A DNA stretch of 64,000 nt from Eledone cirrhosa. Taxonomy: Eukaryota. Of the stretch, positions 40,203-55,260 are shown piece after piece; position 1 is the stretch's first letter; every line of letters begins with the position of its first letter. Under the pieces are notes generated by a model. The model was not told where the DNA came from and did no database searches. It was given only the letters and a program-made list of their open reading frames with translations. The position numbers and the translations under genes were made by a program. The stretch is from NCBI GenBank assembly GCA_964016885.1, contig OZ024740.1, forward strand, positions 239,382,001-239,446,000, in the 5' to 3' direction.

Positions 40203-43200
40203 TTACAGATATATACTCAGAGTCGGCCCATTCACTCGGGCCATTCTTGCTTCTCTCACCCATCTTTCAACAAAATGCTGGGAAGAGAGCACTTCCTTCT
40301 CTACTCTGATTTTCCTTTTCAAATGAAATTTGAAAAAGTCAATCAGAGCATCACCGAAGAGGTAAGTGCTCGTCTTCAGCCCTTTCAAACGTGTCCACCA
40401 TACTATCTCTTTCGCCATGGCCACCAGACAGATAAAAACTGCCTGCCCTTCCCGGCTAAAGGAGGAGGGCGGAGCAATCCTCACGATAGACTCAGATGAT
40501 AGCTGGATCCGTCCTAAACGCGACAGCAGGTGTTCGACATAAACCCACAAGTCAGCAATTTTCGGACACTGGACGAGTGCGTGCAGGACGGTTTCGTCGC
40601 CCTGCGCGCATCTCGGACATGCCCGGCTGACGGCACCTCCATGCCTGTAGAGTTTATCCCGAACTGGCAAGGCTCCTCGGTAGCACTGCCAGGCCAGAGA
40701 TTTCTGGAAGTTGTCCATAGGCCCTGGCCCGAAAGTTCTTCCGAAGAGATTGGCTAGTTGATTTTCGTCGACGCCTAGAGTTTCCCCAAGTACGTCGTCG
40801 CTCTTCCCCTCCACTAATCCTCTATAGAACGCCGAGGTGGAGTTTCCACCGATCACATTGCCCGATTGGTCGAGGGCTGTGAGCGCCTGAAGACATTCCA
40901 GTCTCCAGGCGCTCCCTCTCGGTCTTCGCTTGACCCAGGACTGCAGCTCCGTCAAGGAAACGAGCTGGGGAAAAACGCGTCTAGCAAACGGCGACCACAC
41001 CTGATCACCGTCGAGAAAGAGGTGGAGATGTCGTAGCCTGAGCGCGTGCCTGCGCATCATCAGCCACGGCATGCCCAGCCCTCCACGTAGCGGGTGTTGA
41101 CAACAGATGGACCGCCTGACCATCGGAGCACGTCCCTTCCACAAAAAGCGAAAGAGCAAACGCTCCAGCGCAGTCAGGCGAGGCTTAGGACAAGGTACGA
41201 CGGTTAGGCGGTAGCAGATGACAGACGCGATGTACGCGTTAGCCACCTCCGCTCGACCTTTCAGGGATAGCTTCCTCTCCGCCCATTTCTGGGTGAGAGA
41301 AGCCACCCTGCTCGTCACCTCGTCCCAGTTTTTGTCCGTCTGGAGGTCCGGACCGAACCAGACCCCTAGCAATTTAACCGGTCCGTCCGTCCAGCGCCCG
41401 ACGACGCTGTTGGACGGCATGGACCTGCCTCTCCAGGTGCCGAGCTGCAGGCCCACTGACTTTTCCTGGTTGATCATTGCTCCTGTCACCGCTTCGTATT
41501 CTCTTAGTGTAGTGCCGATCGCCTCGATGTGTTTGGCGTTCGACACCACTACGGTGACATCGTCCGCATATGCTGACACGGATCTTCCGCATCCTAGTTC
41601 GCGCGGGACTCCCCTCAACGTCTCCAGTTTGTGCAGTAATGGCTCGAGAGTCAATACGTACAAGAGGGACGAGAGGGGACATCCTTGGCGGACCGAGCGC
41701 ATGATGTTGAACGGTTCCGACAGGTGACCGTTCACTCTCACCACAGAGCAGATGTCGCTGTGCATGGCAGCGATCCAGCCTCTGAAGACGGGCCCAAAGC
41801 CAGCCGCCCTCAGGACTGCCGCTAGGTAACGATGGTCGACCCTATCGAAAGCTTTCGACTGATCTAAATTGATCAAGGACCCACCCGTGCCAGGTTCCCT
41901 AGCTACCCTCTCTACGATGTATCGCATGAGGTGGAGGTTGTCGTGGATGGATCTGTCGGGAATGGCGCATGTCTGCGCCTCTCCCACCAGACCACCAACG
42001 ACAAGCGCCAACCTCTTTGCTAGCACCTTGGCCAAAATCTTAAACTCTGTGTTTAGCAGAGTTATGGGCCGGAAATTGTCTATGTTATCCCCCTTGTTCG
42101 GATCCTTTCTCAGCAGTGCCACCGCTCCTCGGCTCACAGAACTGGGAATTCTCCCGTTCTGTTGCCAGTTGCAGTAGACGTCCGCCAAGAGGCCTCCGAA
42201 CAAGTCTGGCATCTGTACGTAAAGTTCATAGGGCAGACCATCCAAACCAGGCGATTTACCCCTTGTGCAGCCAGTCATTGCCTCCCGTACTTCAGCGGCT
42301 GTTATCGGCTTTTCGCAACACTTCGCCTCAGTGGCCGAGAGCCGCGGCAGTCCGTCGAGGTAGACACTAAAGTCCATCCCTCTACCCGGCCCCCCGCTGC
42401 CCCCGAACAGCTGAGCGAAGTGTCGCTGAAAAGCTTCACACATTTGCCCGGGATCGAGTAGCATGCGCCCGTCGTGGTCCACCAAAGACCGGATCGTGGC
42501 TTTGTTGCCACGACGCGCCTCCGCCACTCGGGCCCATTGAACGGCTTTCGTCCCCTCGTGTCTGAGAGCACGCACCCTAGCTCTGACAACGCAGCCTTCG
42601 TGCTTTGCATTGAAGAATTGGTCAAGGGCCAATTTCGCCGCAAGCACGTCGGTCGCAATGCCTTTGCTAAGCGCCTCGTCTAATTTTCTAACTAGTTCTC
42701 CCTCTGCTCTATTTTTCTCTATTGCTAAAGCCTTACTAAACCTAATCGATTCTATTCTAATCGCTCTTTTCAGAGCAAACCACCACTTGTTGTTGACGAT
42801 GGCCCCCGTCAACGCCCGCTTAACTAGTTCGCTAATCCGGTCTCTGTAGGCCTTGCGCGCTGGTAAGGACGCGTTTAGCTTCCAGTAGCCGGGTCCTCGT
42901 CTATGAAGCCTATCTAAGTCAAGCACACAGATCACGAATTTGTGGTCCGTGTAGCTGACTATCTTGAATTGTGGACAGCCTATGCTAGACCTATCTATTT
43001 CCCTACAAAATACTCTATCTAGATATAATCTGGATGACCCTATGCGGTTTGTCCAAGTCCACATTGGCACATTCGGGAAATCCAATCGGTACCTGTCAGA
43101 CAGTTCAAAACGCCTGAGCAGGTTGGTGAGGCTCTTGCACCCTCCACCCCTATCCGCTAATCCCACACAGTCCCAGCGTGCATCTAAGATCCCGTTCCAG

Positions 43201-43622
43201 TCGCCCACTAACACTAAAGAGCGGGACGTTCCAAGAAAGGTCTCCAGACGCCGGAAGAAATCAGGCCGCCCTGCTCCTGTCGGGGCATAGACGGCCACTA
43301 GCCTGAAAGCTTGCCCGTCTCCGCTGGTCACGTCCAGCACCACCAGCTTACCCTCTGGGTCCAGGAAGATGGCCCGTATGGCGAGATCCAAACCTCTCCG
43401 AAAAAGCACAGCAACTCCTCCACCCGATCCAGGACGGCTGGGAGATGCGTACACATCGTAGCCGCCGAAGATCGGTGCGAAGGCCCGTGCTTCGGAGATT
43501 CTGGTCTCGCTGATGGCCACTACATCTATGTTTAGTGACCTGAGGTCGTTGAGCAGGTGACCCTGCTTCCATGACGACCCCAAGCCACGCGCATTTATGC
43601 TGCCTATTCTGAGTGAGGTCAT
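40203..43622 (-). CDS. Tx1-like ORF2: AP endonuclease, reverse transcriptase, C-terminal zinc knuckle (1139 aa)
   Basis: SINARGL, AISETR, VGDWN, YLDRV, YTDH (APE); KSPGLDGLP, NFRPITLLN, DQSKAFDRV, RQGCPLS, AYADD (RT); CPRC..HALVQC. Confidence 0.95.
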   Translation of the reverse strand: MTSLRIGSINARGLGSSWKQGHLLNDLRSLNIDVVAISETRISEARAFAPIFGGYDVYASPSRPGSGGGVAVLFRRGLDLAIRAIFLDPEGKLVVLDVTSGDGQAFRLVAVYAPTGAGRPDFFRRLETFLGTSRSLVLVGDWNGILDARWDCVGLADRGGGCKSLTNLLRRFELSDRYRLDFPNVPMWTWTNRIGSSRLYLDRVFCREIDRSSIGCPQFKIVSYTDHKFVICVLDLDRLHRRGPGYWKLNASLPARKAYRDRISELVKRALTGAIVNNKWWFALKRAIRIESIRFSKALAIEKNRAEGELVRKLDEALSKGIATDVLAAKLALDQFFNAKHEGCVVRARVRALRHEGTKAVQWARVAEARRGNKATIRSLVDHDGRMLLDPGQMCEAFQRHFAQLFGGSGGPGRGMDFSVYLDGLPRLSATEAKCCEKPITAAEVREAMTGCTRGKSPGLDGLPYELYVQMPDLFGGLLADVYCNWQQNGRIPSSVSRGAVALLRKDPNKGDNIDNFRPITLLNTEFKILAKVLAKRLALVVGGLVGEAQTCAIPDRSIHDNLHLMRYIVERVAREPGTGGSLINLDQSKAFDRVDHRYLAAVLRAAGFGPVFRGWIAAMHSDICSVVRVNGHLSEPFNIMRSVRQGCPLSSLLYVLTLEPLLHKLETLRGVPRELGCGRSVSAYADDVTVVVSNAKHIEAIGTTLREYEAVTGAMINQEKSVGLQLGTWRGRSMPSNSVVGRWTDGPVKLLGVWFGPDLQTDKNWDEVTSRVASLTQKWAERKLSLKGRAEVANAYIASVICYRLTVVPCPKPRLTALERLLFRFLWKGRAPMVRRSICCQHPLRGGLGMPWLMMRRHALRLRHLHLFLDGDQVWSPFARRVFPQLVSLTELQSWVKRRPRGSAWRLECLQALTALDQSGNVIGGNSTSAFYRGLVEGKSDDVLGETLGVDENQLANLFGRTFGPGPMDNFQKSLAWQCYRGALPVRDKLYRHGGAVSRACPRCAQGDETVLHALVQCPKIADLWVYVEHLLSRLGRIQLSSESIVRIAPPSSFSREGQAVFICLVAMAKEIVWWTRLKGLKTSTYLFGDALIDFFKFHLKRKIRVEKEVLSSQHFVERWVREARMARVNGPTLSIYL

Positions 43623-43656
43623 GTTTAAATAGAGTGGAAAAGATGGGAAAGACCAC

Positions 43657-45750
43657 TTACCGTACTTTTGGTAGAGGAGGGATGGTTTTTACATCCCTTT
43701 TCACTTGATCGTCTGGTGAAGGGACCGTTGAATCGTCCCTTCGGCTGGTCGTCGGCTCTTCTAAGAGAATGTCTGAATATACTCTTCGATTGATGGTTCC
43801 TCCTAGGTCCCTGAAATCACCAACTGCGTTGGGGAATTTCGTTTTAATGTTTGTGTATTGTTTCTGTGCTATTTTTAGCAGTCTTATGTTAGTTGGCGTT
43901 TTGATTGGTGCTGGTATTATGTAGTCCTGTTGTGAAATGTCTGTGTGTTCAATTATGTAAGTCATTAGTTTCTTGTTGTGTGTGTTTATTGCCGTGCATT
44001 TGTTTTTCTGGGGGTGGGGTGTGGTTCTGCTATTTTCTTGTCGTTGTTGCTGGGTGTGTGTGTTTTGTTGTTGTGTTTGCGATGTTGGTGCTTGTGGTGG
44101 TGGTGTTGAAGGTGTTGTTGGCGGTGGGGTTGTCGCCGGTGGTGATGGTGGTGCTGGTGTGGGTGGTGATGGTGTTGGTGGTGTTGCTGCTGTGGGTCTC
44201 TTTGCAGTAGACTTTACCCTTTTCTCATTTCTTTCCTCCCTTTTCAAAGGCGACGATGCGCTGCTTCTGCGTTTGTGCCTCCTTGCGACCTTTTGCCATC
44301 CCTCTCCCACCTCACACTCCATGTCTGATTCTGTAAGGTCGGGGAGGGGTACCAGCTCCACTCTTTCACTTGTTGTTGTTGGTGATGTTTGCACTGGAGT
44401 CTCTGTTGCAGCTGCATTTGGTATTGCTGTTGTTGTTGTTAATATTTCCTCTGCTGCTGCTGTCTTTGATTTCCGTGGAGTGGGTATGGGTGCCACGGAC
44501 CTATCGTTCCTGGTTGCCGCTTGTCCTGTTGCTGGTAGCCGTGGAGCCGGATTCGGAAGGAGGGGGGTTTTCTCCTTTCTCAGGGTCTTCTCGTTGCAGA
44601 AGGCCCTGAGGTGAGTCTTCGATCCACAGCGAAAGCATTTCGGGCGTTTGCCCTCAACACTTATGGGCAGTTGAGTGCCGTTATCGAAGTCTATCACATC
44701 CGGGATAGCTTCGATGCACTCCTGGTTGGTTTGGATTAGCATCTCAATGGAGGAGCCGACCCAATCTTCTCTTACTTTTTTCTGTACTTGCAGTACAGTT
44801 GTTTTGTCCTCGATTCCGACGAGGACAGACGCGGCCAGCCAAGAAGGGGTCATTCCGGGGGGGACGTGGGTCAGTTTGACCCTCACAATTTTTTGCCCAC
44901 AGTAGGAGGGCACCAACACCATTTCCTCGCTCCTTAGGGTCACTACTGATTGGGCCTTTGCCTCCTGGGGTGTGGAAAAAAGTACGTCTACGGTGGCGTA
45001 TTTTTTGCCTCGGGTGATGTGCGTTTTCCTCTGCCACACAGACCCCAAGGCTTTTTGTATTTGGGCCTCTGTGGCTCTTTCCACCCTACGGGATTTTGTA
45101 CTTACTGTACGGTACGTGACCGTACAGTGCTCTTGGGTTTCGAAAAAATTTTTCGCTGCCTTGCAGATTGCTCGGTGTCCGTTCTTTGTCACCATCTTCT
45201 TCGCTTCCTCTAATTCCTCATTTGTTATGAGGATTGTTTCCAAGTTTTTCGCAATACCTGCAAATGAGATTGGTTTTTCTCTGCTGTTGTTGTTGTCGTC
45301 AGAGCTGCTGGTACTTTTGTTGCTGCAGGTACTACGACTACTGCCTCCGCCGCTGTTGCTGTGGTTGTTGTTGGTGTTGCTGCTGCTAATGCTGTTGTTG
45401 TTTATGCTGCTGGTGATGCTGTTGCGGCTGCTACTGTTGTTTTCATTGTCACTGTTGCTGTTGTTATTACGGCTGCTACTGCTATTATTCCTGACGTCAG
45501 ACGAATGAACTGGGTTTTCGTATTTCCCGCACATCTGTTTCGTCGCTGTCGTCGTCGTCGTGGAGAAACCTTGCACGCTTTGCACGAGACTTTTCTTTTC
45601 TTTCGTCGCTTGCGAAAGAGAAGGGAGGGAGAGAGACACATTTAAAGAAGGGAGGGAGAGAGACAATCTTTTCTCTGCTGTAGTGATGATTGAGGAAGAA
45701 GAAGACGGAATGAGTGGGAGTGACGTATGAAATTTCTTTTTGGTAGCCAT
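43657..45750 (-). CDS. Tx1-like ORF1 nucleic-acid-binding protein (697 aa from first ATG)
   Basis: CCHC knuckle CFRCGSKTHLRAFC, Ser/Asn and Pro/Thr low-complexity tracts, GWQKVARR motif; directly upstream of ORF2. Confidence 0.88.
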   Translation of the reverse strand: MATKKKFHTSLPLIPSSSSSIITTAEKRLSLSLPSLNVSLSLPSLSQATKEKKSLVQSVQGFSTTTTTATKQMCGKYENPVHSSDVRNNSSSSRNNNSNSDNENNSSSRNSITSSINNNSISSSNTNNNHSNSGGGSSRSTCSNKSTSSSDDNNNSREKPISFAGIAKNLETILITNEELEEAKKMVTKNGHRAICKAAKNFFETQEHCTVTYRTVSTKSRRVERATEAQIQKALGSVWQRKTHITRGKKYATVDVLFSTPQEAKAQSVVTLRSEEMVLVPSYCGQKIVRVKLTHVPPGMTPSWLAASVLVGIEDKTTVLQVQKKVREDWVGSSIEMLIQTNQECIEAIPDVIDFDNGTQLPISVEGKRPKCFRCGSKTHLRAFCNEKTLRKEKTPLLPNPAPRLPATGQAATRNDRSVAPIPTPRKSKTAAAEEILTTTTAIPNAAATETPVQTSPTTTSERVELVPLPDLTESDMECEVGEGWQKVARRHKRRSSASSPLKREERNEKRVKSTAKRPTAATPPTPSPPTPAPPSPPATTPPPTTPSTPPPQAPTSQTQQQNTHTQQQRQENSRTTPHPQKNKCTAINTHNKKLMTYIIEHTDISQQDYIIPAPIKTPTNIRLLKIAQKQYTNIKTKFPNAVGDFRDLGGTINRRVYSDILLEEPTTSRRDDSTVPSPDDQVKRDVKTIPPLPKVR

Positions 45751-45984
45751 GTTTTTTTGTTTAAAATGAAATTTTGGGTACAAAACCCCAATAACTGGTT
45801 ATTTAACCCCGAAGGGCCAAATAACGGACAGAAAGACCCCTCTCACGAGGAGGAGGGTGTCTTTATCAACAATTTGGTTCAAGTTTTAAACAATTTACAA
45901 TTGTTTTAACGGTTAAAAATTACTATACCTTACAGAGCCGAGCCTCCGTCAACCATGGCATTCAATAATAATAATAATAATAAT

Positions 45985-46080
45985 AGTAATTGTTTCTACT
46001 TTTGGCACAAGGACAGCACATACCCAGCGTATTACTGGTACTTTATTTTATCGACCCCGTAAGGATGAAAGGCAAAGTTA
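45985..46080 (-). mobile_element. SINE 3' half
   Basis: Reverse complement of 52660-52750; its (ATT)n tail is the right flank of the Tx1 element. Confidence 0.85.
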
Positions 46081-46121
46081 ATAATAATAATAATACATTT
46101 CGCTCTACATGGCTGAATACA

Positions 46122-46532
46122 ATAAATGTAATCTGAGTTTGTCGAATATCAATAATAAAATTCGATTCGTTTGCAATTATGCAAACAGCCTCTTTTTTAA
46201 AGCCATGTCACTAGAATGAGCCCCTCATTCTTGCTCTTCTGTTGGCATGAAAACAGAACTGGCTGATCAGTCTGCTAACATGCAAATCAGGCGAATCAGT
46301 CACTGTATATTTTAGAAAATATATATTTTCACTAGCTCTGACATTTGGCTGGTGAACAGTGAACTGTACTGATGAAGAGTTTTTCCCAGAAACATTAGTG
46401 TCTGCAGTTCTGTTTACATGCCAACCCAAGAGCAAGAATGAGGGGTCATTCTACTGACATGGCTTTAAAAAAGTGGCTGTTTGCATAATTGCAAACGAAT
46501 ATTATCATTGATATTCGACAAAAACCGATTAC

Positions 46533-46538
<6 letters not shown>
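46122..46538 (+). mobile_element. Foldback pLTR-like module: about 135 bp inverted arms around a hammerhead core
   Basis: 46122-46261 is an imperfect reverse complement of 46405-46538; core and right arm match 278-570. Confidence 0.85.
46361..46410 (+). ncRNA. Type I hammerhead ribozyme motif
   Basis: Stem I GAACTGTA/TGCAGTTC (8 bp), CTGATGA 46369-46375, weakened stem II, GAAA, stem III ACA/TGT, GUC 46400-46402. Confidence 0.72.
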
Positions 46539-46581
<43 letters not shown>

Positions 46582-46634
46582 ATAACATATATTATATATA
46601 TATATTATATATATTATATATATTATATATATAT

Positions 46635-51140
<4,506 letters not shown>

Positions 51141-51290
51141 TATATATATCAACTCGTGTGTCACTTCTCTACATTCTAAATATATGTATATATATATATA
51201 GTATACTAGGGAGAGGATCAGGGGTGTATAACACTCCACTTATCCAGCAGGCAGTATAAGGTTAGCTCGATGTCTGAGGACAGAGCCGTG

Positions 51291-51486
51291 ATATAATAAA
51301 TAACAAAGAACGCCTATAGCATATGCATATCTTTACTTGCTAACATTGTTTCATCCGCACTATAAGTGGGACTCATCAGAGCATAAACCTTTATGCTCTG
51401 ATGAGTCCCACTTATAGTGCGGATGAAACAATGTTAGCAAGTAAAGATATGCATATGCTATAGGCGTTCTTTGTTATTTATTATAT
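51291..51486. repeat. Perfect palindrome, 97 bp arms with 2 nt spacer, containing two divergent hammerheads
   Basis: 51291-51387 is the exact reverse complement of 51390-51486. Confidence 0.95.
51394..51439 (+). ncRNA. Type I hammerhead ribozyme motif (mirror copy on minus strand 51338-51383)
   Basis: Stem I TGCT/AGCA, CTGATGA, stem II GTCC-CAC-ttata-GTG-c-GGAT, GAAAC-aat-GTT. Confidence 0.75.
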
Positions 51487-51589
51487 TATATATATATATA
51501 TAATATGTCAACATGAATGGACCTGTTATTTTTATCTAAAGACATTTTTTCCAATTCCAACCCACCCGTTCAATCTATCTTTTTCTAAT

Positions 51590-51632
51590 TTTTTCTTCTG
51601 ATGAAGGACTAGCGTTCGAAACGTTAAAACCC
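51590..51632 (+). ncRNA. Minimal hammerhead motif
   Basis: CTGATGA-a-GGAC-tagc-GTTC-GAAACGTT with palindromic stem III; upstream sequence shared with 63791-63845. Confidence 0.62.
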
Positions 51633-51704
51633 TCTTCCTGCTATTTCAAGCGTTAACCTAATATATTCCTTCCATATACTGTACCAATTGTGTTGTTATT
51701 TCTG

Positions 51705-51828
<124 letters not shown>

Positions 51829-52339
51829 TACATATATATACAAACTTTAAAACAAAAGTTGAGTAATTAACTCTGTTGAGATATGTCAAGAAGATTTAAA
51901 GCTCAATGTGTTTGTATGATCCGCAAATATAAAGAACAAATGCAACTGAAGTGTAATCCACAAGGTAAAAAATCATAAAAAACTGTACGGATGTAAAACC
52001 ACAGAGCATGAATAATAAATAGTAATCCAGCCAAAGGTTTAGTGAGAATTTATGCCATTTTAATAGTTTTACGTACGTTTCACCAGACGCAGTAAATATC
52101 TATGAGTGGAGGTGATTAAAAACATTTCAAATCATTTTAGTGAGATACCAATATTAGGAATTAAATCTCTTTAAAAATAACCATGCTATAAAACTCTATG
52201 TTTATCCTACATGATCAATTATTGCACTGCTTTTTTCAAATTCTTTTACTTTTTTGTTCTCTTTCTTTTTCCCACCCTCTCTCATTTCTTCTACAATTGT
52301 TTGTTAATAATATAACAGTAAATTTCTGTAGCTATTTAA

Positions 52340-52550
52340 ATTATAAATTCATTTCTATGTTTTCTCAATCCAGAGAAGTAGCAGCTCAACCTCGACCCTC
52401 TCGAAGGAACCCATTTCGACAGCTTGTATTAGCGATTGTATCCTATCGTATGTAAGGTTTGGCACGAATACTAAATTGAAGATAACTAGTTTGGCTTTTA
52501 CACCTACCTCCCTTCTTCTGGTTACCGAATGCTGAAGTTGGTGCATTATT
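52340..52550 (-). mobile_element. Old RTE-group LINE fragment
   Basis: KAKLVIFNLVFVPNLTY..IQAVEM resembles the post-RT region of RTE LINEs. Confidence 0.6.
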
Positions 52551-52562
52551 GGGTTATTTACA

Positions 52563-52754
52563 AGGGCGGTGGATTGGCAGTATCGGTAGAGGGTCGGACG
52601 CCATGCTTTCCAGCATAGTTACGTCCCTTTACGATTTGAGTTCAAATCCCGCCGAGGTTGACTTTGCCTTTCATCCTTACGGGGTCGATAAAATAAAGTA
52701 CCAGTAATGCACTGGGTAATTGCTGGCCTTGTGCCAAAAGTAGAAACAATTATT
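52563..52754 (+). mobile_element. Full-length tRNA-type SINE
   Basis: Box A TGGCAGTATCGG, box B GAGTTCAAATCC, core gttgactttgcctttcatccttacggggtcgataaaataaagtacc, short ATT tail; at least five copies in the window. Confidence 0.88.
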
Positions 52755-52865
52755 GGGCTATTATCTAGTGTAGGTATCGAAATAGAGTGTGTCGGTTACG
52801 TCAAAATCCAAAATTAATACATGGGATAAACGGAGGTCACAGAAACTTTGAAGGACGGACGCACG

Positions 52866-52944
<79 letters not shown>

Positions 52945-53143
52945 ACGCATGCAAATACGCTCATACACACAGACAAACACAGGCACACACAGACACACAT
53001 CCACACAAATACAAATACACCCACACAAACACCCACACCACACACACACTCACACACACACACATGCATACATATACACACTCACAAAAATATATATATA
53101 TATATATACATGGTCCACCTGGCTCCTTACCACACTTCCTTTG

Positions 53144-53204
<61 letters not shown>

Positions 53205-53205
<1 letters not shown>

Positions 53206-53292
53206 CCACCACCACCCCACTCTCCAGAGCGTGAAACTAATAAACATTCGTTGTACTGCCTCTCTGTTTTGTTCCTGTTCAAATTTTTCCAC
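53205..53292 (+). mobile_element. Solo PLE 3' terminus inside (TA)n
   Basis: Reverse complement of 46635-46715. Confidence 0.8.
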
Positions 53293-55179
53293 TATATATA
53301 TATATATATATGACAATGTTTAACCCCGACGGGTTATATATATATATGTATATATACTGAATGACTGTTTTGCTTGAGATCTTAAGAACAACCAGACAAG
53401 ATAAAAAGTGACTAACTTGTAAAGATATGTTGATAACGTCAGCCAATCTTCTAAATTTAAACGATGAACAGCCATAAATACATCTATTTTCCAATGAATA
53501 ACTCCCACTTGGGAAATCGCCAATGACAGATCTTATATATGCCAAAATACTCTGTCAGATAAAAAACATTCAGCTCATATCTTTTAAAAAAGACGAATGA
53601 CACAATATACAATGTAGTTCTAGAGATCTTTAAACGGGACGGTTATGGCTGGAACTCCTTTGAGCATGGGTTTGCTCAATAAAGTTTGAATTTGATCAAA
53701 ACAATAACAATTTAATCTGGTAATGTCAATGAGAAAGTCTTTATGCGGTTGCTTAACCTGCTAGAAATAGCAGGCAAATTTCCCTTAAACCACAACCTAC
53801 CCTCGTAAAGAAAAAAAAATGACCCCTTGGCCAATATAGTTGTAAGCACGTGGATGATCTTAAATCAGTCAATGTTGAAAAGTGGCTAAACAACATCAAC
53901 CTGTAGAAGGGACAGTTAGAGAGGTTATATGAATTCACTCGGTTTATTCCAGATACATGGTAGTCAATCAGAAAATGCAATCAATACAATCAATTAAAGT
54001 ATATGGCTAAAATTATTGAGATACTAAACTAAGTTTTCATTTCCAACTCACGTTAAGCAACTAGTTCTTTATCCTACACTTAACTAGTACTAACGTAATA
54101 TTTACCCACTGACAAATTCAAACATGGAAAATATCATGGCGTCAAAATCGTTTTCCCCTCTTTCACTCTATACTTCCTTGACGTCGTTAAAATACACAGG
54201 CGCTGACGCCGTCGTTGTCACCAACAAGCTAACGCTGACGATGCAAGAAACAGCCATAACAACAATAACATTAATAGCAACAATGACAACAGCAGCAACA
54301 ATGACACTAGTACCCATTCAACCAACACAACAATAACAAAAAAAAAACATTGATATAAATAACAACACCATAAACAACAAAAACAGCATCAGTGACAACA
54401 TAAATATCAAAAACAACAATAACAAAACCGATGGAAATATTAATTACACAAAGAACGAAAAAGAACAAAAACGTTCTCGGAGAACGCAGACACAAATAAA
54501 AAAGAAATGTTTGTATTATCACTGGAAAACAAAAATGCTGATTGATCCAGGCCAAAGAAATAATAAAATTCGAAGATGGGATGATGGCAGTAATGATGCC
54601 ACCCGAAATAGTTGCAGAAAAGCCTTCCCCATACCACTGTGTGCCTAGGGTCAGGGCTAGCCGAACCGGCCACAGTTAGTCAAGTAGAAAAGGTCCTGAA
54701 AGAGGTAATGGTCGATGTGGCCCACATTCAAAGAACTAGACAGTTTCTCGGCAGTTTCTAGACAGTTTAAAAGCGAAGACTTTGCACGAAAACATTAGTC
54801 GACCCCCTACCCCCATCCGTTGGAGTGAGGAGTTTGTACTCTATCCAACCTATCTTTCAAGGAGGTCTGTCAGGCTGAGTATACCTAGTGTTTCGCCATC
54901 TGGTAGATCCGAACACACTCCTCGAAATTAACCACAGCGAAAGAAAAAGATTGGTCTGGGATAAACGTGGACATTCTGCTTCAGTTGAAGCCAGAATAAA
55001 TAGACAAATTACCGGATCAAATACAGCTGCCCATCGGAGTAGATCTTTGAATAGATATAGAAGGCAAAAAACAACAATACAATTTGTATCGATACATAAA
55101 CCACTTGTATGAAGCAGGAAACCATAGGCCACCGCTACTACCAAAACCAGTTTATTTTCTTTACATATTGTCCACGCAT

Positions 55180-55260
55180 GCAGTTTTTCCACGATTAGGT
55201 CTGTTGGCGGCCCGCGTTCCAAAATATATTATCCCATGCAACGCCGGGTACCACTGCTAG
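55180..55260 (+). mobile_element. Helitron 3' end
   Basis: cccatgcaacgccgggtaccactgCTAG followed by T, same terminus as 33068-33097. Confidence 0.65.

Larger units (their letters stand above)
39942..45963 (-). mobile_element. Full-length, apparently intact Tx1/L1-clade LINE
   Basis: 5' UTR, ORF1, 34 nt spacer, ORF2, 3' UTR ending AATAAAGAAATC; (TAA)n on both flanks. Confidence 0.93.

Noticed and set aside
40152-45909. Plus-strand and alternate-frame ORFs over the Tx1 element
   Set aside because: Shadow frames of GC-rich coding sequence with no recognisable motifs.
52570-52655. tRNA gene
   Set aside because: Boxes A and B are present but there is no cloverleaf; it is a SINE head.
54120-54860. 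Possible decayed Tx1 ORF1 relative
   Set aside because: Only low-complexity AAC tracts and one short similar peptide; insufficient to call.
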